DNA of 64,000 nucleotides from a virus: IMG/VR virus record IMGVR_UViG_3300032087_005124, positions 1,975 through 65,974 of that record. One strand, written 5' to 3'. Made by a program: the position numbers and the translations under genes. Positions 26,797 to 37,435 of the stretch are shown piece after piece (the first letter of the stretch is position 1; each line of letters opens with the position of its first letter). Below the pieces are notes generated by a model. The model was not told where the DNA came from, ran no database searches, and saw only the letters and a program-made list of their open reading frames with translations.

Positions 26797-29700
26797 ATGG
26801 GAGACTTTCAAAGAAGATTAGATAACGGTGCAGCATCTAATGACTTAGTGCCATTTTCTCCATCTGTATCGCCTTTATATGATACAAATGGAGCTTTAAG
26901 TGGTTACAGTTATGCATTTAACCAAGGTTATGTTTTTAATAACATGGCCTCTGGGAAAACATCTCGTGAAGAATCCATCATAGCAGGGATGGATCAAGTT
27001 TACAATGTCGGAGAAAATGAAGAGGTCTCATTTAAGGTTGATGTTGTTTTAAACAAAGAAAACTTTTTAGTTGACTCTAAAGTTTTTGGAACTGGAACTG
27101 GACAATCATCTTTTCCTGCTACAACCTTTCAATATTTATTTGATGATAGTATTGAAGATACAGGTTTTATTACAGGCTATTATCCTGTATGCAAGGTTAA
27201 AGGTGGCCATATTTTAGAATTAGAACTTAGAGATAATATACAGTTTGATAAAAGGGGATTACAGCAAATAGGCGCTACAGGGGCATCTTCAGAAGGTGAA
27301 GGAGGTATTGGGCATATTATTATAGAATCTGGCAGAGATGATGAAACTCTTCCTACAAGATTTAGAGCTATATCAGGGGGTTCAGGAATACAAGTTAGAT
27401 ATGATGACACTGGAAATCCTTCAGGAAGCCCATATATAGTTATTGACACAACCAATCAGGGTCTTGGCAATTATGTAGCAAATACTAGTATAACTGGAGG
27501 TTCTACAGGAGCAAGAATTTATATCACTGGAACTAATAGACCTCAACTATTAAGAGAACTTACAGGGGCGGCAGCAGATAGTAGTACTCAATTTTCAGAA
27601 ATTTATGTTTTTGAGGAAGATAGCAAAATTGTTTTAAGCGGTCAAGTAACAGGTTTATGGACTGGAGAAAATGTTACTCAAACTGATGGGGCCACACCAG
27701 AATATATTTACTTAGATAATACGGGTCCAACTGAAAACCCTCCTAGCAAGGCGCAATTTAGAGGTATAAGAGGGAAAGCTGTTACAGAGTCTAGTGTTTC
27801 AGAAGGCAAGCAAACAGCAACCGTAAATGTTGATGAAGTTGATGAAGTTATAGAAATATCTGTAGATTTAAGTGATTGTGTTGGTATTGGTGGTTCGGCG
27901 GCAACAAATAAGGTTATAACAGGTTCTCTTCCTACAGGTTCGATAATAGTAGGAGGCGCTCATAACTCTATTAGTGGTCACTTCAATGTAATCAGTGCGG
28001 GATCTCACAATAAAATCTCTGGAAATGAGTTAAACTTTATTGGTGGTGGTTCAGGTAATGATGTTACTTTTAGTAGATTTTCATCTTCTCTTGGGGGTGA
28101 GAACAATGATATAAGTGGATCAAATAGATCTGTCGTATTAGGAGGTAGAAATAATCTTATACATAGTGGTGGATTTAGTTTTTTAGGTGGGGGTGACGGT
28201 AATAAAATTACTGGAAGTCAAAGTTCCTATTCTTCAATTATTGGAGGTGGAGGTAACTTAATCACTGGTTTAAATTCAGTTTTAGCTGGAGGTAATGTAA
28301 ACTCTATATTTAGCGATTACTCTTTTATAGGTGGAGGAGAATCAAATATAGCCAGTGGAGAATTTTCTATTATAGCTGGAGGAGAAGAAAATAAAACATT
28401 TAGCACTCACTCTGTAGTGCTTGGTGGCCAAGATAACACGGCTTCTGGTATTTATTCATTTGTAGGTGCTGGTAAAGAAAACAAAGTTTTAGCTGATTAT
28501 GGTTTTGCTGCTGGTAGAAACTCTACAGTACAAGAAAACCATGATGGTGCTTTTGTTTTATCAGATAGTAACACAACAGAAACTTTATCTTCTGGCGCAA
28601 ATACTTTAACACTAAATTTTAAAAGCGGTGTTTTTGTTGACTCTGATAGTGGTATTTATATAAATGGTAATCCTGTACTAACAGGAGTTAGTGGATCTGA
28701 GGGAGATACTTTACAGATTGTTACTGATAGAGGTGCGACTACAACTAATGATATAACAGCTCCTAATCTTTTTGTATTCAATAACGCAGCATTAAAAGCT
28801 AACGGCGTTGGATACCTTGAGCTAGGAAACACTGGCGGTGGAGTTATACAAGTTGGTGGAGATGGTGTAAACAGCACAATAGCACCAAGGTTCAATAACC
28901 TGAAGATACAAACATCAAGAGATTCTGATGACATAATATTTTTAGCAGGTGCTTCAACAACAGAGCTTCTTCGTCTAGATGCTTCGGCTAGTTCCATCAA
29001 CGTGCCTGATAATGTTCAGTTAAATATTGGTGCTGGCATTGACTTAATTCACAATAGTACAAATGGTTTTATAAAAAACACTGTCGGTGATCTTTACATT
29101 GAGAACACGACAAACGGAAAAGACACAATATTTAAAAATGATAATGACTCAGGCACAGCAACCGAGCTACTTAGACTCGACGGGTCGGCTAGTTCAATCA
29201 AAGTCCCAGATGATGTCTTTTTACAATTTGGTTCTTCAAATGATTTACAAATTTACCACACAACAACCACCAACCAAAGTTGGATATATAACAGTCAAGG
29301 GCATTTAAAATTAACTAATGCCGCTATCAATTCTGATATAGTTTTTTCCTGTAAAGACGCAACAACTGTTAACGAGTTAATGAGACTCGATGGATCGACT
29401 AGTAATGTCGGTATAGGAACAAGTGTACCTTCAGGAAAATTAGATGTCAATGGAGCAATTCATGCAAGAGGAGGCACAGTTGCTGGCAATACAGGAGAAT
29501 CTGACACTACTAATGCAGCTATAGTTCTTCAAGATAATAACTATATTTATGGACAGACTTCTAATAATTACTTAAGAAGGATTATTGGAAAAGACTCCGC
29601 TGGAGTAATTACTGTAGGACAAGGCGAAACTTCTATTGTAAAAGAAATTTCATTTGAAGCGGGTAATCATAGTGATGGAAAATACACCTTCCATTCAGGA

Positions 29701-32700
29701 ACTACAGAATTAGCAAGAATACAAGCGGATGGTAACATGGGTATTGGCACAGATTCTCCAAGTGCTAGACTCCATGTCAACGGTCCCGCTGCGGGATTTG
29801 CAGAAGCTTTAAGGTTACAAAGAGCGGGTGGTAATTATTATTCTGTTGGTTTAGATAATAGCAGGGTTAATTTTGTTTACAATAGTCAAACTACTGCAAA
29901 CTCAACTCTCACCATAGATGGTGGTAATACTAGAGTCGGTATAGGCACACATGCACCATCAAGGCATCTTCATGTTGAAGGAGGAGGAACAAATGTTCTT
30001 GCAAACTTTGAAAGCACAGATGCTGGGGCTTATTTGTCTTTCTCTGATGATTCTACAACCAACGATACTTCCGTTCGTTTGGGGGCAGTAGGAAATAATT
30101 TTCAGTTTTTTACTAATGGGTCAGAACAAGTTAGGATAACTTCTTCTGGTAATGTCGGTATAGGAACAGACAATCCAGTTTATACATTAGAAGTCGATGT
30201 TGACAATGATGATTGGGTAAGGTTTAAAAGCAATGATAATAAGATGGGTCTTATCTTAGCGGATAATGACACTGTTCAATATTTAATGGCTGAAAATAGC
30301 GCATTAAGCTTAGGTCATCGAGCAGCCCTTCACAATGAAAATTTAAATATTATAGATGGCGGAGATGTTGGCATAGGAACGACAACTCCTTCAGGTAAAC
30401 TTCATGTTTTTAATACTGGAAATGCCTCTGGTGATATATTTATTGTAGATGGATCTCACGGAAGGCTCTTCAATGTTTCTGATGAGACTACTGGAATTAT
30501 ATTTAGCGTAAATGATGCTGCTGGACTTCCTGTTTTAGAAGTCGATAGCACTTCTGGTTATGATAAGATTTCTATAGGAGAATTTGGAACAAATGCATTA
30601 GTTGTTTCTGGTAGTACATCTACTTTTGGAGGTGACGTACTAGGAACTGGGGCAGGTAACCGCATTACGAACAACGGAACTCCTTACCTTCTTTCTGGCG
30701 ATGCGGCAGCGACACTCACGCTCCAAGATGTTACTGATAATGGGGCAACTACGACTAACGCTTTAAAAACACAACTTATTTCTATAACAGGAGGAGGCAC
30801 TGACTCACCTGTTGGAGTCAATGGACTTCACTTAACATACGATGGCACAGCAACAGCTTATATTAATGCACAACACAATGGCACTAGTAATAGGCACTTA
30901 ATATTTAAAGCTGCTTCATACAATTTTAATATTGGTGATTTAGCGGTAAATACCGACAATTTATATGTAGATGTATCTGAAAATAGAGTAGGTATAAATG
31001 AAGATAGTGTTGATGCGACCTTACACATGACCAATGTCGGTGGAGGTGTGGTTAACCAAAAATTTGAGCGGGCAGGAGTATCTGCTTGGCGATTAGGCAT
31101 ACCTAATGGGCAAACTTACTTTGCATTCGATGATACTAATGATGATTTATCAACTGCGAAGGTAGTCATCACAAAAACTGATGGCCATGTTGGTATAGGA
31201 ACAAATGCTCCTTCAGGCGCATTAGATGTTAACGGCGTTGCTTACTTTAGAGGTGGCACAACTCAAGGCCATACTCAAGATGAAACTGATGCAGCTATAG
31301 TTCTGTACGATGATGATTATATCTACTCTAGAAATGCGGGAGATTATTTAAGAAGAGTTATAGGAAAAGATTCTGGTGGAGCGATACATATTGGAGAACC
31401 TAGTACTTCAATAATTAATGAAGTAAAATTCTATGCGGGTAGTGGATCTTCAACTAAATACACATTCCACTCAGGAACTACAGAGTTAGCTAGAATCGAC
31501 GGAAGTGGTAACTTATTAATTAACACAACATCAAACAATTTCGGCAATAAACTTAATGTTGCAGGAGGCTCAACTAGAGTAAAAGAATTGCAAGTAGCTG
31601 CGGGTGTTGGCTACTCCAATTACGGCAAATTAACTCATAATGACAATCAATTTATTATAGAAGCACAAAGAGGGTCTCTTGATGGAGATATCGTTATAAA
31701 ACCTTACAGAAACTTGCTTATTAGTGGTGATAATGTAGGTATAGGAACTACTAATCCTGCTGATACTCTTCAAGTAGCAGGACAAGTAAGAATTGATGGT
31801 TCTACAACAGATGGACTGACAATAACATCTAGTGCAGGGGCAAGTCAAGGATTATTACTTTATAATAACTCAAACACAGATACAGCTAGTATTATAAACT
31901 TCTATGATGGGCCATTAATCTTGGGACAGGCTAACGCAGAAGTCATGAGACTTCATGATAATGGTAATGTTGGTATAGGGACAGATAATCCTCAAAGAAA
32001 GTTAGATGTCAGAGGAACTGCTGGTGTTCAATATGCACCTACAGCTCACGACACTCAAGGTGCAATCTTTCTTCTTGCTGACGGTAGTAACAACTCATAC
32101 ATAGAACTTAGAGACGGAAGTAGTAATGTAGATGTTAAACTTAACACTGCTGGGGATAGTTATTTTAACGGCGGTAATGTTGGTATAGGAACCACAAGCC
32201 CATCAGCACCTTTACACATTCAATCAAGTACTGATCATAATAAAATAAGACTCACAAATGATAACTCTCAAACTTGGGGGTTAATGATTGGCAATTCTGG
32301 GTATTATCAAGGGTACTTTATGATTGACCAAGTTGGGTCAGGTCAAAGGTTTGTAATAAATGATCAAGGAAGTGTAGGAATAGGAACTAATGCCCCATCA
32401 GAAAAACTCCATGTGGATGAAGGCTTTATACTTGCTGATGGAGCATCCACAAATCACGGATTTGAATTAAGAAGAGATTCTTCTGACACTTTCCAAATAA
32501 GACATTTAGGCGGTAATTTTACTATAAATAACCTTACTGATAATCGTAAAGATTTATCTATTGATGGAAATGGTAATGTTGGTATAGGAACAGATATTCC
32601 ATCTGAAAAACTTACGGTTGATGGTAACATAAGAATAAATGGTGACAGTAGAGAATTTTATTTTGCTGGAAACCAAGCGCAGATAAGAGCTAGTAGTGCT

Positions 32701-35643
32701 TCAACTGATATTACTTTCGTTAACTCTAGCACTGAATTAGTAAGATTTGCATCTGATGGTAAAGTGGGCATCAACGACACAGCACCTCAAGGAAAGTTAC
32801 AAATAGATGCAGGAGGTGATGTAAATTGCATACATTTAGTTAACAGTAGTCAAAGTTTTTCTAATTTTGCTACAAGACCAATATCAATAATTTTTGGTGA
32901 TGAGCAAAAAGGTGCAAGCGCAAGGCATCAAGCAAGCATAAATTGTGTTCGTGAAGCATGGTCAAATACACCTGCTGCGTTGACATTTAAAACAGCTGCT
33001 GGAGTTAATACAGCGACTGAAAGGATGCGTATTACTTCTGCTGGTAATGTCGGTATAGGAACAGATAATCCACAAGAGCTTCTACATATAGATGGGTCTA
33101 GCCCTAGAATAAGATTAAGAGATAGTGACGCAGCAGGAACGCCTTACGCTCATATCGACGCTAGTGATGGGGCATTACTTATTGAAGCTGATAAAGGAGA
33201 TGAAACCGCTTCAAGTTACATAGCGCTTACTGTTGATGGCAGTGAATCTATACGTGCAATTGCTGGCGGTAACGTTGGTATAGGAACATCAAGTCCAACA
33301 ACGACACTTGATGTATATAAATCAAGTAGCACCAGTGCGACTTCTACAGGAACAACTCTTTTTAAATTACATAATTATGTTGGCGTTGATCTTAATCAGC
33401 AGAAATCATTTATTGATTTTGCTCTTACTGATGATAATACTAATGAAACCCCTCAAGTTAGAATTGGCGCAGAGGTTGGACAGAATGGAAATGCTGACAG
33501 TCAGATAAAAGAAGGTTGCGGGGCATTCGTAGTTTACACCAATAATGCTGAACATACTACTGGTGATGCTGGTGCATCTTTAGAGGAAAGAATGCGGGTT
33601 GATTACCAAGGTAAAGTTGGTATAGGAACAACAAATCCTGCTTTTGAATTAGATGTAGATGGCACAATCCACGGCACAAGTGGAAACTTTGAAAATGGCA
33701 TTACCATAGATGGCAATCCAGTGCTTACTGGAACATCTCCTTTTGAGACAGATACATTGCAAACTGTTACTGATAGAGGGGCTACTACAACAAACGCTAT
33801 ATCGATTCACAACAGCGCTGCTGGAGGTAACCCAAGATTATCTGTTGGTAGAGAGACTAGTCAGTCGATTGAAATTGATGTTGATGATAACAATAATACT
33901 ATCGTTGCTAGGCAGGACACTGATAGTGATCAAGATCATAAATTTGTTCTTAATAGAGTCTTTGGTGGCACAGGAGAGAATGATTTCCAAATCTCAAAAG
34001 CAGGAACTGCCCAACTAACAATAGATACTGATGGAAAGGTTGGAATAGGAACAACTAATCCAAGTCAAAGACTTCATGTTAATTCAAGCGCAATAAATGA
34101 AGTAGCTATATTTGAAAGCACTGATGGCACTGCTTATATATCTATTCAAGATTCTGGAACGTCTACTGGATTACATGGATATGGAGCTATAGGAGATAAT
34201 TTAACGCTTTATGCCAGTGGTGCGGAAAGAGTTCGTATTGCGTCTGACGGTAAAGTTGGGATAGGGTCAAAGAATCCATCTTTTGTATTAGATACTGTAT
34301 TTACAGGAGATAATGGCGCTCGTTTAAGAAGCACTGACAATCATTCATCTTTAACTGTTCACTCACATCCTTCTTATGGGGCTTACTTAAGATTCATGGA
34401 TGGTAGTAATAGATATTGGCTACAAGCAAGATCTGACGATAAGTTACACTTTAGACCAAATGCTACTCTTTTAGAGTCTGCTAGTATTTACTTTGATGAG
34501 ACTGGTAAAGTTGGTATTGGGGTTAGTAACCCAACAGAGAAATTAGAAATAAATCCAGATACAGATGTTTCTGCTATTATTGGTAAGGCACATGTTGGAT
34601 ACATGGGGCAAGCTGATAGCGCATTTTTCGGCCATATTAATTACGCCAATACTAGTAATTATGCTTTAAAACAAAATAATCTTGGAAATACATTTTTAAA
34701 TTGTAAAACAGCAGGAACTATTGCGTTTAATATCAATAATGCGACAATAGCAGCTTTTGATAACGGTGGAGATTTTCAAGTCGATACAGATACTTTATTT
34801 GTAGATGCTTCTGAAGATAGAGTTGGTATAGGAACTCAAACTCCTTCAGGTACTCTCCATGTATCATCTAATTTTACAAATGTATTTATACAAGATGCAA
34901 ATTCATCATATCCAACAGCTGCCGCTTTAATTAATTTTAATGATAATGGGACTCAAGGTATAATGGGTTCTATTGGATACGAGACAGACGGCAATTTAAC
35001 TATATCTCAAAGAAACCCAAGTAGATATATAGCTTTAACTGGAAGTAATGTTGGAATAGGAACTACAAGCCCTTCAACACCTTTACATGTAAAAGGTAAT
35101 ATAAGAGCAGAAGCTTCTGCAAGCACTGCATTTGCTGATTTTAAGAGTTCTCAGATATATGCTTCGAGTACGTATGATGTTATTGTAGGATCAAGTAATT
35201 CTTTACATTTCAGAACAGACGATACCAGAAGGATGACCATCCTTGGAGATGGTAAAGTAGGTATAGGAACAACCATTCCAAGCAATGCCCTCGATGTTGT
35301 TGGCCACTTCTCAGCGACAAGTAAATCTTTCCTTATTGATCACCCAACAAAAGAAAACAAAAAACTCCAGTACGCATCTTTGGAGGGTCCAGAGAATGGA
35401 GTTTATGTAAGAGGCACAACAAATAGTGCGATCATAGAACTGCCAGATTATTGGTCTGCATTAGTACATGAGGACTCTATAACAGTTGTCCTCACACCAA
35501 TAGGAAAGAAACAAGATTTATACATAAAATCTAAAAGCCCCGAAACTGTCATGATTGGCGGTGTTGAAGGATCTTATGATTATGTAGTTTATGGAGAACG
35601 TAAAGATATAGATAGATTGGAGATAGAACCAGATGGGAACTAA
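26797..35643 (+). CDS. Giant modular tail fibre/adhesin 1 (2948 aa)
   Basis: TG-rich N-terminus, GGxxN repeat block, about 22 GNVGIGTxxP-type linkers, C-terminal KSFLIDHP...LEGPENGVYVRG domain. Confidence 0.8.
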   Translation: MGDFQRRLDNGAASNDLVPFSPSVSPLYDTNGALSGYSYAFNQGYVFNNMASGKTSREESIIAGMDQVYNVGENEEVSFKVDVVLNKENFLVDSKVFGTGTGQSSFPATTFQYLFDDSIEDTGFITGYYPVCKVKGGHILELELRDNIQFDKRGLQQIGATGASSEGEGGIGHIIIESGRDDETLPTRFRAISGGSGIQVRYDDTGNPSGSPYIVIDTTNQGLGNYVANTSITGGSTGARIYITGTNRPQLLRELTGAAADSSTQFSEIYVFEEDSKIVLSGQVTGLWTGENVTQTDGATPEYIYLDNTGPTENPPSKAQFRGIRGKAVTESSVSEGKQTATVNVDEVDEVIEISVDLSDCVGIGGSAATNKVITGSLPTGSIIVGGAHNSISGHFNVISAGSHNKISGNELNFIGGGSGNDVTFSRFSSSLGGENNDISGSNRSVVLGGRNNLIHSGGFSFLGGGDGNKITGSQSSYSSIIGGGGNLITGLNSVLAGGNVNSIFSDYSFIGGGESNIASGEFSIIAGGEENKTFSTHSVVLGGQDNTASGIYSFVGAGKENKVLADYGFAAGRNSTVQENHDGAFVLSDSNTTETLSSGANTLTLNFKSGVFVDSDSGIYINGNPVLTGVSGSEGDTLQIVTDRGATTTNDITAPNLFVFNNAALKANGVGYLELGNTGGGVIQVGGDGVNSTIAPRFNNLKIQTSRDSDDIIFLAGASTTELLRLDASASSINVPDNVQLNIGAGIDLIHNSTNGFIKNTVGDLYIENTTNGKDTIFKNDNDSGTATELLRLDGSASSIKVPDDVFLQFGSSNDLQIYHTTTTNQSWIYNSQGHLKLTNAAINSDIVFSCKDATTVNELMRLDGSTSNVGIGTSVPSGKLDVNGAIHARGGTVAGNTGESDTTNAAIVLQDNNYIYGQTSNNYLRRIIGKDSAGVITVGQGETSIVKEISFEAGNHSDGKYTFHSGTTELARIQADGNMGIGTDSPSARLHVNGPAAGFAEALRLQRAGGNYYSVGLDNSRVNFVYNSQTTANSTLTIDGGNTRVGIGTHAPSRHLHVEGGGTNVLANFESTDAGAYLSFSDDSTTNDTSVRLGAVGNNFQFFTNGSEQVRITSSGNVGIGTDNPVYTLEVDVDNDDWVRFKSNDNKMGLILADNDTVQYLMAENSALSLGHRAALHNENLNIIDGGDVGIGTTTPSGKLHVFNTGNASGDIFIVDGSHGRLFNVSDETTGIIFSVNDAAGLPVLEVDSTSGYDKISIGEFGTNALVVSGSTSTFGGDVLGTGAGNRITNNGTPYLLSGDAAATLTLQDVTDNGATTTNALKTQLISITGGGTDSPVGVNGLHLTYDGTATAYINAQHNGTSNRHLIFKAASYNFNIGDLAVNTDNLYVDVSENRVGINEDSVDATLHMTNVGGGVVNQKFERAGVSAWRLGIPNGQTYFAFDDTNDDLSTAKVVITKTDGHVGIGTNAPSGALDVNGVAYFRGGTTQGHTQDETDAAIVLYDDDYIYSRNAGDYLRRVIGKDSGGAIHIGEPSTSIINEVKFYAGSGSSTKYTFHSGTTELARIDGSGNLLINTTSNNFGNKLNVAGGSTRVKELQVAAGVGYSNYGKLTHNDNQFIIEAQRGSLDGDIVIKPYRNLLISGDNVGIGTTNPADTLQVAGQVRIDGSTTDGLTITSSAGASQGLLLYNNSNTDTASIINFYDGPLILGQANAEVMRLHDNGNVGIGTDNPQRKLDVRGTAGVQYAPTAHDTQGAIFLLADGSNNSYIELRDGSSNVDVKLNTAGDSYFNGGNVGIGTTSPSAPLHIQSSTDHNKIRLTNDNSQTWGLMIGNSGYYQGYFMIDQVGSGQRFVINDQGSVGIGTNAPSEKLHVDEGFILADGASTNHGFELRRDSSDTFQIRHLGGNFTINNLTDNRKDLSIDGNGNVGIGTDIPSEKLTVDGNIRINGDSREFYFAGNQAQIRASSASTDITFVNSSTELVRFASDGKVGINDTAPQGKLQIDAGGDVNCIHLVNSSQSFSNFATRPISIIFGDEQKGASARHQASINCVREAWSNTPAALTFKTAAGVNTATERMRITSAGNVGIGTDNPQELLHIDGSSPRIRLRDSDAAGTPYAHIDASDGALLIEADKGDETASSYIALTVDGSESIRAIAGGNVGIGTSSPTTTLDVYKSSSTSATSTGTTLFKLHNYVGVDLNQQKSFIDFALTDDNTNETPQVRIGAEVGQNGNADSQIKEGCGAFVVYTNNAEHTTGDAGASLEERMRVDYQGKVGIGTTNPAFELDVDGTIHGTSGNFENGITIDGNPVLTGTSPFETDTLQTVTDRGATTTNAISIHNSAAGGNPRLSVGRETSQSIEIDVDDNNNTIVARQDTDSDQDHKFVLNRVFGGTGENDFQISKAGTAQLTIDTDGKVGIGTTNPSQRLHVNSSAINEVAIFESTDGTAYISIQDSGTSTGLHGYGAIGDNLTLYASGAERVRIASDGKVGIGSKNPSFVLDTVFTGDNGARLRSTDNHSSLTVHSHPSYGAYLRFMDGSNRYWLQARSDDKLHFRPNATLLESASIYFDETGKVGIGVSNPTEKLEINPDTDVSAIIGKAHVGYMGQADSAFFGHINYANTSNYALKQNNLGNTFLNCKTAGTIAFNINNATIAAFDNGGDFQVDTDTLFVDASEDRVGIGTQTPSGTLHVSSNFTNVFIQDANSSYPTAAALINFNDNGTQGIMGSIGYETDGNLTISQRNPSRYIALTGSNVGIGTTSPSTPLHVKGNIRAEASASTAFADFKSSQIYASSTYDVIVGSSNSLHFRTDDTRRMTILGDGKVGIGTTIPSNALDVVGHFSATSKSFLIDHPTKENKKLQYASLEGPENGVYVRGTTNSAIIELPDYWSALVHEDSITVVLTPIGKKQDLYIKSKSPETVMIGGVEGSYDYVVYGERKDIDRLEIEPDGN
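27949..28570 (+). repeat. GGxxN 14-15-residue repeat block (YadA-head/beta-roll-like) inside fibre 1
   Basis: IVGGAHN, FIGGGSGN, SLGGENN, VLGGRNN, FIGGGESN, IAGGEEN, VLGGQDN etc.; coordinates approximate. Confidence 0.7.
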
Positions 35644-36352
35644 TTACTCACCAAGAATAGTAACAGATGGATTAATAGTTTGTCTAGACGCTAAAGATAT
35701 TAAATCATATGCGGGTAGTGGCACAACGTGGACTGATAGAAGTGGCAATGATACTAATGGTAGCATAAATGGGGCTACTTTTAATTCAAATGGTTATTTT
35801 GATTTTGATGGAACTAATGATTTAGTAGGGCCAGATACTTTCGACTATGATGATAGTGGTGGACAATTTACTGTATGTGTTTGGCTTAATCCAGATACCT
35901 TTACAAGCAGTAATACTTACTTAGCGATTGTAAACAGAACTGATAACAGTAATCATATATACAGTTTGTTTATAGATTCTAGTTCTGGTAGCGGTACGGA
36001 TGGTGAAATGGCATCTTGGTTTTTTGACACTGGTGGAACAATTCGTAACCATACCTCTAGTGCAAATTGTGTTTTAAGTTTAAATAAATGGAATTTTTGC
36101 GTATGGAGGTTTGCTGATGCCGTTGGATATACTTATGATGTTTTAAATTCTGACGGTTCTTCAAATCATACATCATCTGCCACTCAAGCTATTAGAAAAG
36201 ACTCTACTAGTCAGTTTACTATTGCTCGTTGGAGGGATGGTAGTTACTTCTTTAATGGCAAGTTAAGTAACATAAATATTTACAATAAAAAACTTACAGA
36301 CGAGGAGGTAAAACAAAACTTTAATGCTCAAAAAAGGAGGTTTGGAATATAA
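35633..36352 (+). CDS. LamG/concanavalin A-like lectin domain protein (paralogue 1)
   Basis: SPRIVTDGLIVCLDA N-terminus, FDFDGTND, FTVCVWL, YFFNGKLSNINIYNKKLTDEEV. Confidence 0.8.
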   Translation: MGTNYSPRIVTDGLIVCLDAKDIKSYAGSGTTWTDRSGNDTNGSINGATFNSNGYFDFDGTNDLVGPDTFDYDDSGGQFTVCVWLNPDTFTSSNTYLAIVNRTDNSNHIYSLFIDSSSGSGTDGEMASWFFDTGGTIRNHTSSANCVLSLNKWNFCVWRFADAVGYTYDVLNSDGSSNHTSSATQAIRKDSTSQFTIARWRDGSYFFNGKLSNINIYNKKLTDEEVKQNFNAQKRRFGI

Positions 36353-37302
36353 TGGGCGGAGAAATATCACATGACTCTTTTGGGTTTTTAGAAAACGGCG
36401 ATCTTCAAGATGGCAACGAAAACTTTACCTTCGTGACAAGTTATGTCCCGACTGGAGGGCCGCATCCTAATAGAGACTTTGGATATTTGATGATTTCTGG
36501 TGGAAATGGCGGCAGTGCTAATTCCTCACAAAAATTTTACCCAGATTTTACTAAAAACTATAGACAAATAACTTATGTAAAAACTCTCACAAGAGATAGT
36601 AACGGCGATTTGTGTGGAGGACATATAGGTCTAACACACTATGATAAAAATGACAATCGTATAGATCTTAGAAGCCTCGGAGGTCATGCAAACACAACTT
36701 TGAGTAGAGATTTAAGTGCTGGAGATTCTCATGCTTATGTTAACTCAAATGCTGGCTGGTCTACATCTTCAAATAAAATTTTTAGACATTTTTGTTTATA
36801 TCCAGCTAGTCACCCTGATTATTCAACTCCATACGAATACACCAGAATTGGCCATGGAGACTACAATATATACTATAGTGAATCTGGCGCACAATTAACA
36901 GCAGAAGGTGATTATAAAATACCTTTAACACAAACAGACGGTGTAACGGCTGGGACTTTTCCAGATATAGGTTATTCGACACCATCAGGAACACCTGTTA
37001 TGAATGGAAGAGCTGGATCAACTTATGTCTATCACAATTATTTGAGAGATTATCCAGAGGATTGGACTGCTATCACTAGTTTTAATAACGAAGGGAGTAA
37101 TACTAATTTAATTACTGGTTTTGGAAATGATTCATTAAGTAGTCCACAATATTCAGTTTGGAGATATGGGACTGTATATGTGAAATTTTTAATATTAAGA
37201 AATTACACCTACAGAACTGGCCCAAATGACGGAACTTTTGCATTGGCAAACCTTTTTTTAGCGCCAGAACTAGGAGATAAAGATTATAGGAATATAGTAT
37301 GA
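36352..37302 (+). CDS. Beta-rich hypothetical virion/receptor-binding protein
   Basis: Gly/Tyr/Asn/Thr-rich; coupled to the LamG gene. Confidence 0.5.
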   Translation: MGGEISHDSFGFLENGDLQDGNENFTFVTSYVPTGGPHPNRDFGYLMISGGNGGSANSSQKFYPDFTKNYRQITYVKTLTRDSNGDLCGGHIGLTHYDKNDNRIDLRSLGGHANTTLSRDLSAGDSHAYVNSNAGWSTSSNKIFRHFCLYPASHPDYSTPYEYTRIGHGDYNIYYSESGAQLTAEGDYKIPLTQTDGVTAGTFPDIGYSTPSGTPVMNGRAGSTYVYHNYLRDYPEDWTAITSFNNEGSNTNLITGFGNDSLSSPQYSVWRYGTVYVKFLILRNYTYRTGPNDGTFALANLFLAPELGDKDYRNIV

Positions 37303-37418
37303 GCGACCCCCACATTATAAAGGAAGAAATAGAAGACGACATGGGAGATAAGCTCGTTGTCACCACTTATGATGGTGGCGAAGTTATTATGGTTCCCTTA
37401 GAAGAAACAGAAAATTAA
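37299..37418 (+). CDS. Small acidic protein (39 aa; not in ORF track)
   Basis: MSDPHIIKEEIEDDMGDKLVVTTYDGGEVIMVPLEETEN*; ATGA overlap with the upstream gene. Confidence 0.45.
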   Translation: MSDPHIIKEEIEDDMGDKLVVTTYDGGEVIMVPLEETEN

Positions 37419-37435
37419 GTGTAATTTAAAGTAGT

